Assembly: GCA_051362555.1 (NCBI GenBank)
Contig: CM120641.1
Coordinates: forward strand, 36,648,401-36,712,400
DNA: 64,000 bases
Source: Lingula anatina
Lineage: Eukaryota > Animalia > Brachiopoda
Direction of reading: 5' to 3'
A program made the position numbers and the translations under genes. The notes under the pieces are model-generated. The model saw only the letters and a program-made list of their open reading frames with translations. It was not told the origin of the DNA and made no database searches. Position 1 is the first letter of the stretch. Each line of letters begins with the position of its first letter. Of the stretch, positions 63,201 through 64,000 are shown piece by piece.

Positions 63201-63899
63201 TCATTCTTATTGTAGCTTGGAGTTAAGTATGATATTCCAGTCCATGTGGATTCCTGTCTGGGAGGTTTTCTTGTACCATTCATGGACAAGGCTGGATTTC
63301 CCTTAGCTCCATTTGACTTTAGGCTTCCTGGGGTAACCAGTATCTCTGCAGATACCCATAAGGTAGGGAATTATTGAAGAGAAGCTTATATTCATGCACA
63401 GTGCTATGTCCAGTTTCTATACAGTAACACAATGTAAGAGGCAGGGTAGGTACAGGAGTCCTTTGGTAATGTTATTTACATGATTTAACATACTTATTAT
63501 TACTTTTTTATGCTTTACCTAATTGTGCTCACTTAGAAAATTAAAAAGAGTAGTGATTTATTAGTCTGATCAAGTACACAAAAACATGTTTTTGTTTTCC
63601 AAATTTAATGTAACAGGGATCAAATAGACTAGAACTTTGCTCTGCACATTTACATGTTATTCAGTTTTTGTGGTCTTGAAAAGTACTTGCAATTGCTATT
63701 AGCCTTGAAATGGACTTTGTTTACCATGACTGCCTTTGAAAAGTGATTGAGAGCTAAAGACTTATCATTAATTTTCAGTATGGGTATGCACCAAAGGGAT
63801 CCTCAGTGGTTCTGTATTCAAACAAAAATATAAGGCTATACCAGTATTTTGTGGCCCCAGACTGGCCTGGTGGTATCTATGCAACAGCTACTCTGGCAG
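58153..63899 (+). CDS. SGPL1: Sphingosine-1-phosphate lyase, 5' part (continues beyond the window)
   Basis: Exons 58153-58197, 59946-60090, 60360-60532, 60667-60706, 61216-61295, 61633-61761, 62084-62172, 62456-62492, 62606-62713, 62878-62940 (GC donor), 63216-63362 and 63779-63899. Features: N-terminal TM segment, [48 protein letters not shown], and [10 protein letters not shown] (PLP lysine). Confidence 0.95.
60112..60206. repeat. Pyrimidine-rich/(CT)n microsatellite
   Basis: (CTC)n and (CT)n runs in SGPL1 intron 2. Confidence 0.9.
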
Positions 63900-64000
63900 G
63901 TAAAACAGAATAATAAAATGATGAAATATCATATATTGAATCAAAGATTTGTAAATTAGGGAAGAATTTAAGGTAGCACCTAGAAGCTGAGACTCTGTCC

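Overview
AT-rich, intron-rich metazoan genomic DNA, probably lophotrochozoan or molluscan (inferred from a Drosophila-type cryptochrome and an octopus-GnRH/corazonin-style precursor). I reconstructed exons by hand from splice sites and reading phase. Genes in order: 3' end of an FBXW10/CDRT1-like WD40 gene (+), TRAF6-like (-), type-I cryptochrome (+, head-to-head with TRAF6), RUFY RUN/FYVE gene (-), MTHFD2 (+, head-to-head with RUFY), and the 5' part of SGPL1 (+). Highlights: (1) a complete 4-exon neuropeptide gene nested antisense in the 7-kb RUFY intron 10, encoding an atypical corazonin/GnRH-family 14-mer, [20 protein letters not shown]; (2) the cryptochrome has Phe at the dCRY W342 electron-transfer position, plus changes at H378 and the FFW tail; (3) a RUFY alternative first exon, absent from the ORF track, that matches the neuronal RUFY3 N-terminus; (4) a Penelope-like relic with a decayed hammerhead ribozyme, a Kolobok-type DNA transposon, several MITEs and two GC-AG introns. 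Homology calls rest on recalled family sequences, not database searches.
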